This document shows positions 43,763-53,791 of a DNA stretch of 64,000 bases, in pieces. Where the stretch lies: contig JAIPAJ010000001.1 in NCBI GenBank assembly GCA_021740125.1, positions 13,017 through 77,016 on the forward strand, given 5' to 3'. Under the pieces are notes generated by a model. The model made no database searches, was not told the origin of the DNA, and saw nothing but the letters and a program-made list of their open reading frames with translations. This DNA is from Leadbetterella sp. GTDB taxonomy: Bacteria; Bacteroidota; Bacteroidia; Cytophagales; Spirosomataceae. Positions within the stretch are counted from its first letter, which is position 1; each line of letters begins with the position of its first letter. Made by a program: the position numbers and the translations under genes.

Positions 43763-44488
43763 TCATTTTAAACTGGACAATGGCACACCAATCAAAATCT
43801 CTAATTGCAAGTATAATTTTTCATAATTATTGGAGGCCTGTTCAAATTCTGCATAAGCATTAGATGACAACTCGGTAACTCTACTTAATTCAGAGATATG
43901 AATTTGACTCTGCTGAAACTCTTTTTCAGCCATCTCTTTTTGGATAAACAAGGCATACTTTTTATCCGCTTTGATGCTCAATAACTTATAGGCCAATTGG
44001 GCATCTTTGTAAGTTTCTATAATTCTAAATTTTACTTCTTGTTTTAGATATTGGGTGTGTTGCTCTGAAGCGATTTTTCGAAACTGTGCCTGCTTGATTA
44101 AGTTTTTTCTGGCGAAGCCATCATACAAACTAAGTCTAACAGCCACACCTAGCCTTAAGGAATTTAGATTTTGAAAGCTTAGCGAATTAAATTCTGATTC
44201 AGATATATTATTATTTACATTTAGTACTGCTCCATTGTTTGCTCTTTGAGCACCTAAATCCATGAAGACTTTGTCCATCCAAAGTTTATGGGTGATCTTC
44301 TCTGTTTCACCAAAATGTTCATTCATTGCCTCTTGTTCTTTCACAATAGGTGAATTTATCGCTGCAAAATCCAACACTTTTTGTAAAGGAGGCAAACTAG
44401 CCACTGAAAGCTTCTCTGCCTTAACTTGAGAAAAGGCAGTAAAAGTCGAAATCACTGAGACAAATAATATGACGGCTATATATTTCAT
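43763..44488 (-). CDS. Half-length TolC/OEP-like secreted protein
   Basis: Signal peptide, LQKVLDFAAINSP, a single beta-hairpin (LGVAVRLSLYDG) and C-terminal LQLEILIG. One OEP repeat in 241 aa. Confidence 0.7.
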   Translation of the reverse strand: MKYIAVILFVSVISTFTAFSQVKAEKLSVASLPPLQKVLDFAAINSPIVKEQEAMNEHFGETEKITHKLWMDKVFMDLGAQRANNGAVLNVNNNISESEFNSLSFQNLNSLRLGVAVRLSLYDGFARKNLIKQAQFRKIASEQHTQYLKQEVKFRIIETYKDAQLAYKLLSIKADKKYALFIQKEMAEKEFQQSQIHISELSRVTELSSNAYAEFEQASNNYEKLYLQLEILIGVPLSSLK

Positions 44489-44522
44489 TTTAGATATTCC
44501 ATTTTACATTTGGTTTGTAAGA

Positions 44523-44538
44523 TACCAAAGCTATGCCA
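44523..44538 (-). promoter_or_regulatory. sigma54-like promoter of the first EPS operon
   Basis: Minus strand TGGCATAGCTTTGGT (GG-N10-GT). IHF-consensus TATCAGCTATTTA at 44558-44570 and palindrome at 44595 lie upstream. Confidence 0.5.
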
Positions 44539-44593
44539 CGAACATTAACCAACTACTTATCAGCTATTTATAGTTTTTTCTACAGTATTTAAA

Positions 44594-44610
44594 TTTCCAT
44601 TTTTTGGAAA
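44594..44610. promoter_or_regulatory. Palindromic activator site TTTCCA-N5-TGGAAA
   Basis: The same motif recurs at 61263-61277 and 62700-62714. Confidence 0.55.
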
Positions 44611-44756
44611 ACAAATATTTTTTTGGAATATCGATTTTGCACGATTTTTGAATTTAAATTTGCAAATGTTGGTTCAGATCGCTTTGAACAAATCAGGTTT
44701 GAACCTACTTGCCATTGAATTAATCAAAAATTAGCTTTCAAAAATTAACATGTGCC

Positions 44757-45299
44757 ATGAAAGGAATAGTATTCACAGAATTTTTAGAAATGTTGGAGGA
44801 AAAATTTGGGTATGCTTTTGTAGACCAAATAATTAACGAGGCCAATCTTCCACATCAAGGAGCCTATACGTCGGTGGGCACCTATCCCCATCAAGAAATG
44901 ATTAGCTTAATCATGAGCGTTCATTTTCAAAGTCAAATCCCTGTTGATGACTTGCTAAAAACATTTGGAAATCATCTATTTGGAGTTTTCAAAAAAAGTT
45001 ATGCTGTCTTTTTTGACAAGTTTACTTCCGCATTCGACATGCTCGAAAACATAGAAAATCATATCCATGTTGAAGTAAAAAAACTTTATCCTGATGCTGA
45101 ACTTCCGAGATTTGAAACTGAAAGAACAAATGAAAATTGTCTAAAAATGACATATTATTCAGACAGAAAAATGTCAGCACTGGCCGAAGGCTTGATTGCA
45201 TCAACTTTAGAGCATTTTCACCAAAAAGGAAGTATAAACATAGCAAAAGTAGAGAATGAAGGTAAAATTGTGACTTTTATTATTAAAACTGAAGGTTAA
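44757..45299 (+). CDS. H-NOX (heme NO-binding) protein
   Basis: MKGIVF start, GTYP, proximal His104 (IHVEVKKLYP), Pro117 and Y133-x-S135-x-R137. Confidence 0.92.
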   Translation: MKGIVFTEFLEMLEEKFGYAFVDQIINEANLPHQGAYTSVGTYPHQEMISLIMSVHFQSQIPVDDLLKTFGNHLFGVFKKSYAVFFDKFTSAFDMLENIENHIHVEVKKLYPDAELPRFETERTNENCLKMTYYSDRKMSALAEGLIASTLEHFHQKGSINIAKVENEGKIVTFIIKTEG

Positions 45300-45301
45300 T
45301 T

Positions 45302-47779
45302 TTGAAAGAGGAAATAGAACTTTTGAAACGAAAAATTTCTAGAGAAAGAGACGCTAGAATACAGGCAGAAAAAATTCTTGAAGCCAAGGCCTATGAATTG
45401 TATGAAACCAATGAAAAACTTCAAAAACTTAACCTTGAGCTAGAGGCTAAAGTCCTTGAACGTTCAGAATCGTTGTTGAGGAGTCAAATTCAATACAAAT
45501 TATTGATTCAAAATCTGCAATCAGCGGTGCTTTTAGAGGATGAAAATCGACGGATAGTAATTACAAATGAAAACTTTTGTAAGCTATTTCATATCCCATT
45601 GTCACCCGATGAACTTATAGGAATAGATTGCACAACCTCTGCAGAACAATCTAAACACTTATTTAAAGAACCTGAAACTTTCGTAAAAAGGATAGATTAT
45701 TTGTTAAATAATCAAAATATTGAAGTAAAAGAAGAACTTATTACTACTGACAATAGGATACTTGAGCGAGACTATTTACCTATATTCTCTGGTGAAAAAT
45801 ATTTGGGTCATCTATGGCTCTATAATGACGTAACGGAGCAAAAATCTATTCAAAACCTCATTCAACAAAGTGAAGAAAAATATAGAGGCATCATGGAAAA
45901 CATGGAGCTTGGGCTGATGGAGGTGGATAATAATGACGTAATCCAGAAAGTTTATCAAAGATTCTGTGAGCTTACTGGCTATCAAGAAAATGAATTATTG
46001 GGTAAAAAAGCTGCTGACATTCTGCTTGCTGATGAAATTTTTAAAGGTCTAATAATAGAACAAAATGAAAATAGAAAAAGCGGGGAACCAGGTGCCTATG
46101 AATTGCCTTTGATGAAAAAAAATGGAGAGCTTATATGGGTAATTATTAGCGGAGCACCTATAAAAGACAGATATGGAAATGTAACGGGTTCTGTTGGAAT
46201 TCACCTTGATATTACCGAAAGAAAACGCACACAAGAGGCGTTGGAAGAAGCCAGAGCTATTGCTGAGGATGCTAGAAAGTCTGAAAAACGATTCTTAGCA
46301 AATATGAGCCATGAAATTAGGACCCCAATAAATGCAATAATTGGTATGACACATCTCTTGTATGATACCAAACCAAATGAAAAACAAGTAGAATACCTCA
46401 GTGCGATAAATTATTCAACAGACCTACTAATTAATTTAGTATCGGATATTCTCGATATTTCAAAAATTGAGGCTGGAGAAATGAAAATGTCAGAAAATAC
46501 ATTTAACCTAAAAGACTTGTTAAATAGCACCTTACAAACATTTCGAATTCAAGCAAAAACTAAAAACATAGAGCTGACCTTTGAATATGATGAAGAGATA
46601 AATAATGAGGTAATAGGTGACGCCACATTTTTAAGCCAAATTATGCTAAACCTACTTAGTAATGCCATGAAGTTTACCAAAAAAGGCAAAATAGGCATTC
46701 AGGTTTCTTTGCTTTGTAGGTTAGGTGAGTTTTACATGACTGAGTTTAAGGTGTGCGATACAGGCGTTGGTATTTCTGAAGATGAAATCGCTGGGATTTT
46801 TGATAGCTTTAAACAGGCCAATAACAATATAAAGGCCAATTTTGGAGGAACTGGCCTTGGGTTAGCAATTGTAAAACAACTGGTCAATATTCATGGGGGT
46901 GAAATTACTGCAGAGAGTACCGTCGGTGAAGGAACTGTTTTTAATTTTACCCTACCCTTGAAAGATAGCGGGCAAAAAACCAAAATAGTTGCAGACCTTT
47001 CGAACAACATCTCAGAATCTTGGAAAAATTTTATGATTTTGATAGTGGAAGACAATGAAATGAACCAAAAATATGTCACGGGTTTAATGGACAAATGGGG
47101 CTTAAAATACCGCTTGGCTTCTGACAAAGATGAAGTATTGAATATGATTGAATCCCAAACTTTTGATTTGATTTTGATGGATATTATTTTACCTGATACA
47201 GATGGCTATTGGCTTACTAAATATATAAGATCCAATGAAAACAATTCTAATCAAAATATTCCGATTATAGGTTTATCAGCCACAGCCATGAACGAGGAAA
47301 TTGACCAAGCCTATGCCGTTGGAATGAATGGTTATATTACAAAACCATTTAGACCCGATCAACTCAGAGAGGCCTTAGAGGAAATGTTACAAAAAATAAC
47401 CCCCAAATCCAAACTACATGAAGTCCAGTTCAATACAAATAACATAAGTGAAAACCTTAGACATTTATATGGCGACGACAAAGAATATGCTCGGGTGATG
47501 ATTAATCTTTTCATAAAAACAGTACCACTAGAAATTGAAAGAATAAGAACTTTAATGAAGGAAAAAAACTGTGATGCATTAGGGAAAGTTACGCATCAAA
47601 TTAAGCCCTCCTTCTCGATGGTCGGATTTCCAGAACTTACTGAAGAACTTCAAAAAATAGAAAAGACCATAAAGGGAGGAGCTAAGTTTGAGGATTTTAG
47701 CCCCTTGATCGTAGCTTTTCTATATAAGTTTGAACCGTGCATTACGCTTTTGGAAGGTGAACTTGAAAAACTACAATGA
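45302..47779 (+). CDS. Cytoplasmic hybrid histidine kinase (coiled coil-PAS-PAS-HisKA-HATPase-REC-Hpt)
   Basis: H-box ANMSHEIRTP, NLLSNAMKFT, DTGVG, GGTGLGL. REC VEDN/DLILMD/KPF and Hpt HQIKPS. No TM. Starts 2 nt after the H-NOX stop. Confidence 0.92.
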   Translation: MKEEIELLKRKISRERDARIQAEKILEAKAYELYETNEKLQKLNLELEAKVLERSESLLRSQIQYKLLIQNLQSAVLLEDENRRIVITNENFCKLFHIPLSPDELIGIDCTTSAEQSKHLFKEPETFVKRIDYLLNNQNIEVKEELITTDNRILERDYLPIFSGEKYLGHLWLYNDVTEQKSIQNLIQQSEEKYRGIMENMELGLMEVDNNDVIQKVYQRFCELTGYQENELLGKKAADILLADEIFKGLIIEQNENRKSGEPGAYELPLMKKNGELIWVIISGAPIKDRYGNVTGSVGIHLDITERKRTQEALEEARAIAEDARKSEKRFLANMSHEIRTPINAIIGMTHLLYDTKPNEKQVEYLSAINYSTDLLINLVSDILDISKIEAGEMKMSENTFNLKDLLNSTLQTFRIQAKTKNIELTFEYDEEINNEVIGDATFLSQIMLNLLSNAMKFTKKGKIGIQVSLLCRLGEFYMTEFKVCDTGVGISEDEIAGIFDSFKQANNNIKANFGGTGLGLAIVKQLVNIHGGEITAESTVGEGTVFNFTLPLKDSGQKTKIVADLSNNISESWKNFMILIVEDNEMNQKYVTGLMDKWGLKYRLASDKDEVLNMIESQTFDLILMDIILPDTDGYWLTKYIRSNENNSNQNIPIIGLSATAMNEEIDQAYAVGMNGYITKPFRPDQLREALEEMLQKITPKSKLHEVQFNTNNISENLRHLYGDDKEYARVMINLFIKTVPLEIERIRTLMKEKNCDALGKVTHQIKPSFSMVGFPELTEELQKIEKTIKGGAKFEDFSPLIVAFLYKFEPCITLLEGELEKLQ

Positions 47780-47815
47780 ACAATGCCTCATTAAAAATAG
47801 CTATTTTATTAAAAC

Positions 47816-47840
47816 AAAAAAGCCCCAGAAATCTGAGGCT
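47816..47840 (-). terminator. Terminator after dnaN
   Basis: Minus strand AGCCTCAGA-loop-TCTGGGGCT followed by TTTTT. Confidence 0.65.
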
Positions 47841-47872
47841 AAAGTTTATAGAGAAAAGGTTTATTGTATTTC

Positions 47873-48997
47873 TTATGAGTAGGAGTTCAGCATAACTGGC
47901 ATCACTAGCATCAAAATATCTTCGCTTTCTTCTTTGTCAGAAGGTATAATCAATCCAGCTCTATTTGGCAATGAAAGCTCCATCGTAATTGTAGAAGAAC
48001 TAATATTGCTAAGCATTTCGGCTAAAAATTTGGCATTGAAACCAATCTCCATGTCATCACCCACATACTCGCAAGATATTTTTTCCACAGCTTCATTCGA
48101 ATAGTCTAAATCTTCAGCAGAAATTGTCAACTCATCCGCAGTGATTTTTAATCTAATCTGGTGCGTAGTTTTGTTAGAGAAAATTGCAATCCTTTTCAAT
48201 GAATTCAAAAATTTAGACCGCTCAACTGTCATTCGGTGAGGGTTAGCTTTCGGAATTACATTCTCATAGTCAGGATAACGCTCATCTATCAATCTACAAA
48301 TCAACTTGATGTTACCAAAGCTAAAGAAAGCGTTCGAATTACTAAACTCAGTTACAACTGGAACAGAGTTAGAAGGCAAAGAAATCTTAATTAAATTAAG
48401 AGCCTTGCGAGGCAAAATCATGGTAGTTGGTGTAGAAGACTTGATGTCTGTCCTGCGATATCTGATTAATCTATGGCCATCAGTGGCTACAAACGTGGTG
48501 TTTTCTTCTTGAATATCGATATATACACCTGTCATAGCTGGACGAAGGTCATCCGTGCTAGTGGCAAACAAAGTATTGTTAATAGCTGCTGCCAAAATAT
48601 GAGAGTCAAGCTCAATGTTGAAGTTTCTGTTTACCTGCGGGGCTCTTGGGAAATCCAACGGATTTTCTCCCGCTATTTTAAAGCGACCATTGGAAGTAGT
48701 AATTTCTACGCCAAAGGTTTCGTTGCTAATGCTAACGCTTATGGGTTGCTCTGGAAGACTCTTCAAGGTGTCCATAAAAAGCTTAGCAGGAATAGCGACA
48801 GAAACCGTATCGCTCGAGTCCACCATTAAGTCTGCAACCATAACTGTCTGCATATCAGAAGCTGTCACAGTTAGCGATGTTTTATCTAATTCGAAAAGAA
48901 AGTTTTCCAGAATCGGAACAAGAGGATTTGGAGCAATAACTCCACTTATATTTGAAAGATTTTTTACTAATTCAGAGGACGAAACGACAAACTTCAT
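47873..48997 (-). CDS. dnaN: DNA polymerase III beta sliding clamp
   Basis: PILENFL, VATDGHRL, RYPDYENVIP, IGFNAKFL and LVMPV. Confidence 0.97.
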   Translation of the reverse strand: MKFVVSSSELVKNLSNISGVIAPNPLVPILENFLFELDKTSLTVTASDMQTVMVADLMVDSSDTVSVAIPAKLFMDTLKSLPEQPISVSISNETFGVEITTSNGRFKIAGENPLDFPRAPQVNRNFNIELDSHILAAAINNTLFATSTDDLRPAMTGVYIDIQEENTTFVATDGHRLIRYRRTDIKSSTPTTMILPRKALNLIKISLPSNSVPVVTEFSNSNAFFSFGNIKLICRLIDERYPDYENVIPKANPHRMTVERSKFLNSLKRIAIFSNKTTHQIRLKITADELTISAEDLDYSNEAVEKISCEYVGDDMEIGFNAKFLAEMLSNISSSTITMELSLPNRAGLIIPSDKEESEDILMLVMPVMLNSYS

Positions 48998-49182
48998 GTT
49001 GTTTTGTTTTGGAAAATGATTTGGTTTAAACTCAATTCAAGGCAAATTTAAGAAAACACACAATATTTTTAAAACGAATTTTTAAAATATTGATTATAAA
49101 GATTTCTCTAAAAAACGCTTCTTTTTGAGAACTTACACGCAAAAATACCTAAAATTCTGATTTATTTACGCAAAAAGTCAAT

Positions 49183-51735
49183 TTAAAATCCACCCGATTG
49201 CACTTTTTGTTTTTGCTCATTGTATAGTTTTTTTAAACTATCCAACTTACTATTAGAAGTAATCTTTTCTAATTTTTTAATGCCGTCCATGGCATATTCA
49301 AACTCAAATATATCAATAGCTTTTTTCACCAAAGTTTCCCAAATCAAAACAGACTCTCTATTAACTTCTACTGCATAAAATGCCACATTATAGGCCTCTA
49401 GTTTTTTGTTCTTTGATGTCAGAAAGTTCGAAACCTTCTCTATCAGATAAGGATTAAAAGGGGCTTGATTCAGTACTTCATTATAATTCTTTTCAGATAT
49501 ATTCGCTCCATATTTTCTAGATTGTAATTGAAGGTCTTTTTCTACTTTCTGTTTTAGGTTTGCGTTAGTCAGCAAAGAAAAAGACGAGCTATCACCTGCG
49601 GCTTTTAGTCTCGCCAAAGCTTGATCTAATACTCCCTCCTTCATCAACCAAAGCCCAAGATTTTGATTATAAATGTTCTTATATTTAGAATTGGCGTTGG
49701 CCAACAAATACAATTGCTTTATTCCTATAGATTTTGATTGCCTAATATAGTTTTGCTGAGCATAAGTCCAGCTAAGTGACTCGAAAACCGGTTCATTGTA
49801 TGGGTTATTCTGAAGTCTTTTAATCGTTTCGGCATCTATTTGTGTTTTATTTATGGTCTTTGTATGGCTTATGGCATTGAAAAGATAAGCAGCCCTGCCC
49901 ATGTCAAGTGCAGAATCTTTACCAATTTCAAACTTTTCAAATATTGTTTCTTTATCTAACATCCTGTTTATGGCAAACTGATTGGCTTTGATTCCACTAT
50001 AATCCAACTTCTCTGCCAAATTAGCCATCGCCTCAAGCTTTTCTTGCTTAGAGTTTTCAATCCAAAAAGCAAGAAAATTTGTGTTTTCAACTTCACATTT
50101 CTTGCAGTTTTTGAGGGATTTATCCAAATTAACGAGAACACTATCTGTAATTTTAGATTTATCTTGTAAATAGGAAAGGTTGGTGAGAAGCTGACTATTT
50201 TCAGGAAACTTTTTCAGTCCTTTTTGAAGTGCAAACAAAGCTTCAAAATACAAATTTTCATTTTCTAAACTAGCACTTAGCCCAGCAAAAGCATAAGGAC
50301 TAGGCTTATAATCAAGTGTTTGATTGAAAAAAAACGCGGCATTTATTTTATCACCCTGACTCAGAGCCATTGAGGCCAATGATACGTTGGCTTTGTGGTT
50401 TTTCAGATCGTTATGGGTCGATTCTTTGTAAAAAGTTTCGGCTGCTTTGAGGTCTCCTTCTACCAAATAAAAATCTGCTATGGCATTGCTAATACCAGCC
50501 TTTGCCTGATAAAACGAATAGAAATTTTTAAGCGAAAACAAGAATAAAATTAAGAAAACCGAGATGGTTCGAGTGTATATAAGTTTATTGAATGGTGCTT
50601 TATAGAGGACTTTATGAACCTCTAAGCCCTGTTTAAATATTTGTATGTAATTGATTAATACGTAAACAATAAAACTCAAGCCAACAGCTAAAAATGAAAT
50701 ACTTACAAAGTCTTCAAACAAATCTATAAGCGGGTCATTGTTTGTCCCAAAAACAAAACCAACGGTCGCTAATGCAATAGAAGCCATTCCTAAATATATC
50801 CAAACGCCTGACATTTGATAGCTAAACCATGCTTTCTGATGTATAAATTGGCGAAATCCCCACAAACCTAAGATGGCACTTATTAAAAACAAAACTATGG
50901 AAGGAATCACGAAAGAACTCTTTTCTATTATATTAGAATTTTCTAAAAAAACGAGGAGAACATTTGCTAAAAAAATTATAGAAATAATCAAAAACTGCGG
51001 CAAAGAACTTTTTCCTTTTTGAGCGTTCTTTGAAACCAACCAAACCAAGCCAGCTATGATTTCATGGGAAGTTAAGAAAATGAATACTCCTGAAATAATC
51101 AAAAAGGCAAATAATCCGTAAGCCGCCAAGCTGAGAGTTGGCTGATTTATAACTGAATACTTATTTGCCAAAACCAACAATAAAGACCACAAAAATATCC
51201 AAATTATAAGAATCACGGTCGTGGTTAATTTCTGCCCAAAATTGTTGGAATAGTAATAAAAGGAACCCGTAACCACAAATGCAACAAGAAAAGGCCAATT
51301 TGAATTACTCAAAAACACACTTTCAGAATGCATAGCAATTAAAACACCACCGAGGAAGAGTGCCCCAATCAAAAACCAAGGTCCCTTTAACCTAGCCAAA
51401 CCAGTCAACAAAAAAGTTAAACCCAAAAGAGAACTACCTAAAAGAGCATAAAATGTCAGTGTATTTACTTCTACCAAAGATGGCATATAGCGTTCTTTGA
51501 TATACCAGAGAGGCGTGGATGCCGAAAATTTAAATTCGTCATAAAAAAACGAATTTGTGGCAATAATTTTTTCATGAAGTTCACTCAAAACGTCCCAATG
51601 CATGATATTTTCAAGTCCTTGAAACCAAGCTAGAACACCTCCAATAAGAAGAATTAATAACAAGAAAAATGCTATGAAAAGAGGCAGTTTTTCGTCTTTA
51701 TGCCATGTTCTCCAGAAGTTCAAATTTTCATTCAT
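49183..51735 (-). CDS. Large polytopic membrane protein with C-terminal TPR-like region, unknown function
   Basis: About 12 hydrophobic segments in the N-half and helical TPR-like repeats afterwards (AAETFYKES, KGLKKFPEN). Confidence 0.65.
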   Translation of the reverse strand: MNENLNFWRTWHKDEKLPLFIAFFLLLILLIGGVLAWFQGLENIMHWDVLSELHEKIIATNSFFYDEFKFSASTPLWYIKERYMPSLVEVNTLTFYALLGSSLLGLTFLLTGLARLKGPWFLIGALFLGGVLIAMHSESVFLSNSNWPFLVAFVVTGSFYYYSNNFGQKLTTTVILIIWIFLWSLLLVLANKYSVINQPTLSLAAYGLFAFLIISGVFIFLTSHEIIAGLVWLVSKNAQKGKSSLPQFLIISIIFLANVLLVFLENSNIIEKSSFVIPSIVLFLISAILGLWGFRQFIHQKAWFSYQMSGVWIYLGMASIALATVGFVFGTNNDPLIDLFEDFVSISFLAVGLSFIVYVLINYIQIFKQGLEVHKVLYKAPFNKLIYTRTISVFLILFLFSLKNFYSFYQAKAGISNAIADFYLVEGDLKAAETFYKESTHNDLKNHKANVSLASMALSQGDKINAAFFFNQTLDYKPSPYAFAGLSASLENENLYFEALFALQKGLKKFPENSQLLTNLSYLQDKSKITDSVLVNLDKSLKNCKKCEVENTNFLAFWIENSKQEKLEAMANLAEKLDYSGIKANQFAINRMLDKETIFEKFEIGKDSALDMGRAAYLFNAISHTKTINKTQIDAETIKRLQNNPYNEPVFESLSWTYAQQNYIRQSKSIGIKQLYLLANANSKYKNIYNQNLGLWLMKEGVLDQALARLKAAGDSSSFSLLTNANLKQKVEKDLQLQSRKYGANISEKNYNEVLNQAPFNPYLIEKVSNFLTSKNKKLEAYNVAFYAVEVNRESVLIWETLVKKAIDIFEFEYAMDGIKKLEKITSNSKLDSLKKLYNEQKQKVQSGGF

Positions 51736-51800
51736 AGATTTGTAAAACTCTTTTACAGAATTAATATTTCAAATGGAAATCAATTATTAGAGAAAAAACA

Positions 51801-51831
51801 CAAATTTAAAAACGCTAAAACTGTATATTTG
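51801..51831. promoter_or_regulatory. Divergent sigma70 -7 elements
   Basis: TAAATTTG on minus (51808-51801) and TATATTTG on plus (51824-51831). Confidence 0.5.
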
Positions 51832-51862
51832 CGGAGTTTTTCTCAAAATCACTGACCCTACA

Positions 51863-52522
51863 ATGACAATACATAAAGAAGGCACAGGCTCGCTAATAGT
51901 TTCAACGGTTACACTAGCAATCATCTATAGTTTGGTTAAGTATTTTACACCAGACATGGAAGTATTACACTATTTGATTTTTGCAGTTTGTCTAATACTA
52001 TTCTTTATTGTATTGCAATTTTTTCGCAAACCTACAAGAAAAACGCCAATAAACCCAAAACACATCATTGCTCCAGCTGATGGTAGAGTAGTAGTGATAG
52101 AAGAAGTTGTTGAGACAGAATATTTCAAAGAGAAGAAAATTCAAGTTTCTATCTTTATGTCTCCGTTAAACGTACACATCAACTTTAACCCCCTTTCCGG
52201 CATTATATCATACTTTAAATATCATCCAGGTAAATATTTGGTGGCTTGGCACCCGAAAAGCAGCACCGAAAACGAACGCACAACCATTGTAACCAAACAT
52301 CAGAACGGCACGGAGATACTTTTTCGTCAAATAGCAGGAGCTTTGGCCCGTAGAATCTGTTGGTATGTAAAAGAAGGCCAAACCGTAACCCAAGGAGAAG
52401 AGTTTGGATTCATAAAATTCGGTTCAAGAATTGACATTTATTTGCCACTTGGTACTAAAATTTTGGTAAATCTTGAAGACAAGCCTGTTGGTGGTGAGAC
52501 GGTGATTGCGGAGTTGGCTTAA
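51863..52522 (+). CDS. psd: Phosphatidylserine decarboxylase proenzyme
   Basis: QFFRKP, APADG, IFMSPLNVH, QIAG and FGSRID autocleavage site. Confidence 0.95.
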   Translation: MTIHKEGTGSLIVSTVTLAIIYSLVKYFTPDMEVLHYLIFAVCLILFFIVLQFFRKPTRKTPINPKHIIAPADGRVVVIEEVVETEYFKEKKIQVSIFMSPLNVHINFNPLSGIISYFKYHPGKYLVAWHPKSSTENERTTIVTKHQNGTEILFRQIAGALARRICWYVKEGQTVTQGEEFGFIKFGSRIDIYLPLGTKILVNLEDKPVGGETVIAELA

Positions 52523-52577
52523 GGCCTTGGCAATTTTTCATTTTGCATTTTATTATTAGTATATTTTCAACAACTTT

Positions 52578-53609
52578 ATGAGAATTTTTTCACAATATTT
52601 ATCCCGATACATAGCTTTTTTATTATCCATCACACTTTTTGGTACAAAACAAATTTCTGCCCAAGAGATTTCTGACGCGGAGTGGATTGCTAGAGATACT
52701 ACGGTCTCAGTAATAGGCTGTTATCCAATTTGGAAAAAAGGTGATTCTTTCAAATATTTGGCTAAATACGAAAAAGTAAAATATAAGAATGATAGTTTAA
52801 TAAGTGAAAATGTACTGTTAAAAGCGATTGTAAGTTTTGAAATAATTGATTCTCTTTCAGACGGCTATATAATTGAATACAGGTTTATAGAAGACCTTAA
52901 ACCTAAAACAGATTCAAGCAATAAGAATATACAGCAAATTTTGAAAAAACTTGAAAACTCCGTAAAGGATTTTGATTTTACGCTTAGGTACAAGGTAGGG
53001 TTAGACGGTTCTTTTTCAAAATATTTGAACTCGGTGGAAATCCTACAAAAGTGTGAAGCAGTTATGAAAGCTATAAACTCTGAAAAAATCATTCGGCATG
53101 AAGGAGAAAGTCTAAAATCACTACGTTTTAGAGAAGAATACCGGAATTTGATTGGAACAGGAACTAAACTCTTTGAAAATCTTTTTGCGATTAATATTTC
53201 TAATTTTCATAATTTGTTCGGCTTAGAAATGGGAATCAATGACACACTTTATTTTAAGGAAAGCAACAAAATCGACCAACTCAAAAAAGAAATTGTGTCA
53301 GAAAACTATTTGTTTATCACCACTGTAGATACAACTCTCAATGAAGTGCAGTATGTAATTGAGAAATATTACAGCCCTGACATTGTTAAAGAAATTGCTT
53401 CTAAAGCGTTTAAAAAATCATTAGACAAAAAAGAGATTGAAAATTTAAACGGAGAGGTTTTTATAAAAAACAGATATTTTTTTAACTTTAATATTGGTCT
53501 GCTGAGTTATTTGTCTGTCCTAAAAGAAACTCTATCCATTGACAAGGAAACCTCTCTAAAAACAACTCATCATGAAATTTGGACACTGTCTAATGAGTTG
53601 AATGAATAA
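52578..53609 (+). CDS. Hypothetical secreted protein
   Basis: 343-aa ORF with a probable signal peptide and WKKGD..Y near the N-terminus. No family recognised. Confidence 0.6.
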   Translation: MRIFSQYLSRYIAFLLSITLFGTKQISAQEISDAEWIARDTTVSVIGCYPIWKKGDSFKYLAKYEKVKYKNDSLISENVLLKAIVSFEIIDSLSDGYIIEYRFIEDLKPKTDSSNKNIQQILKKLENSVKDFDFTLRYKVGLDGSFSKYLNSVEILQKCEAVMKAINSEKIIRHEGESLKSLRFREEYRNLIGTGTKLFENLFAINISNFHNLFGLEMGINDTLYFKESNKIDQLKKEIVSENYLFITTVDTTLNEVQYVIEKYYSPDIVKEIASKAFKKSLDKKEIENLNGEVFIKNRYFFNFNIGLLSYLSVLKETLSIDKETSLKTTHHEIWTLSNELNE

Positions 53610-53791
53610 GAAAAGATTTTTATTCGTAAAAATATTAGTTGTTTTTAATGAAAGTTGGGACGGATTTACATTTGACTCTTTTATCTGAATTATAAATAGA
53701 TTAAGAAAAATCGTACTACTTACATTCGTACCCTGCGATTTAAAAAATCACTCTTCCCGATACTTATGATAATTCATACTAGAAAATCTCT

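Noticed and set aside
44637-44651. TTGCACGATTTTTGA as a sigma54 promoter for the H-NOX gene
   Set aside because: It lacks the invariant GG at -24, so it is too weak to call.
36969-47779. EPS/H-NOX block as a mobile genomic island
   Set aside because: No integrase, transposase, tRNA target or flanking direct repeats seen, and composition looks similar to neighbouring non-ribosomal genes.
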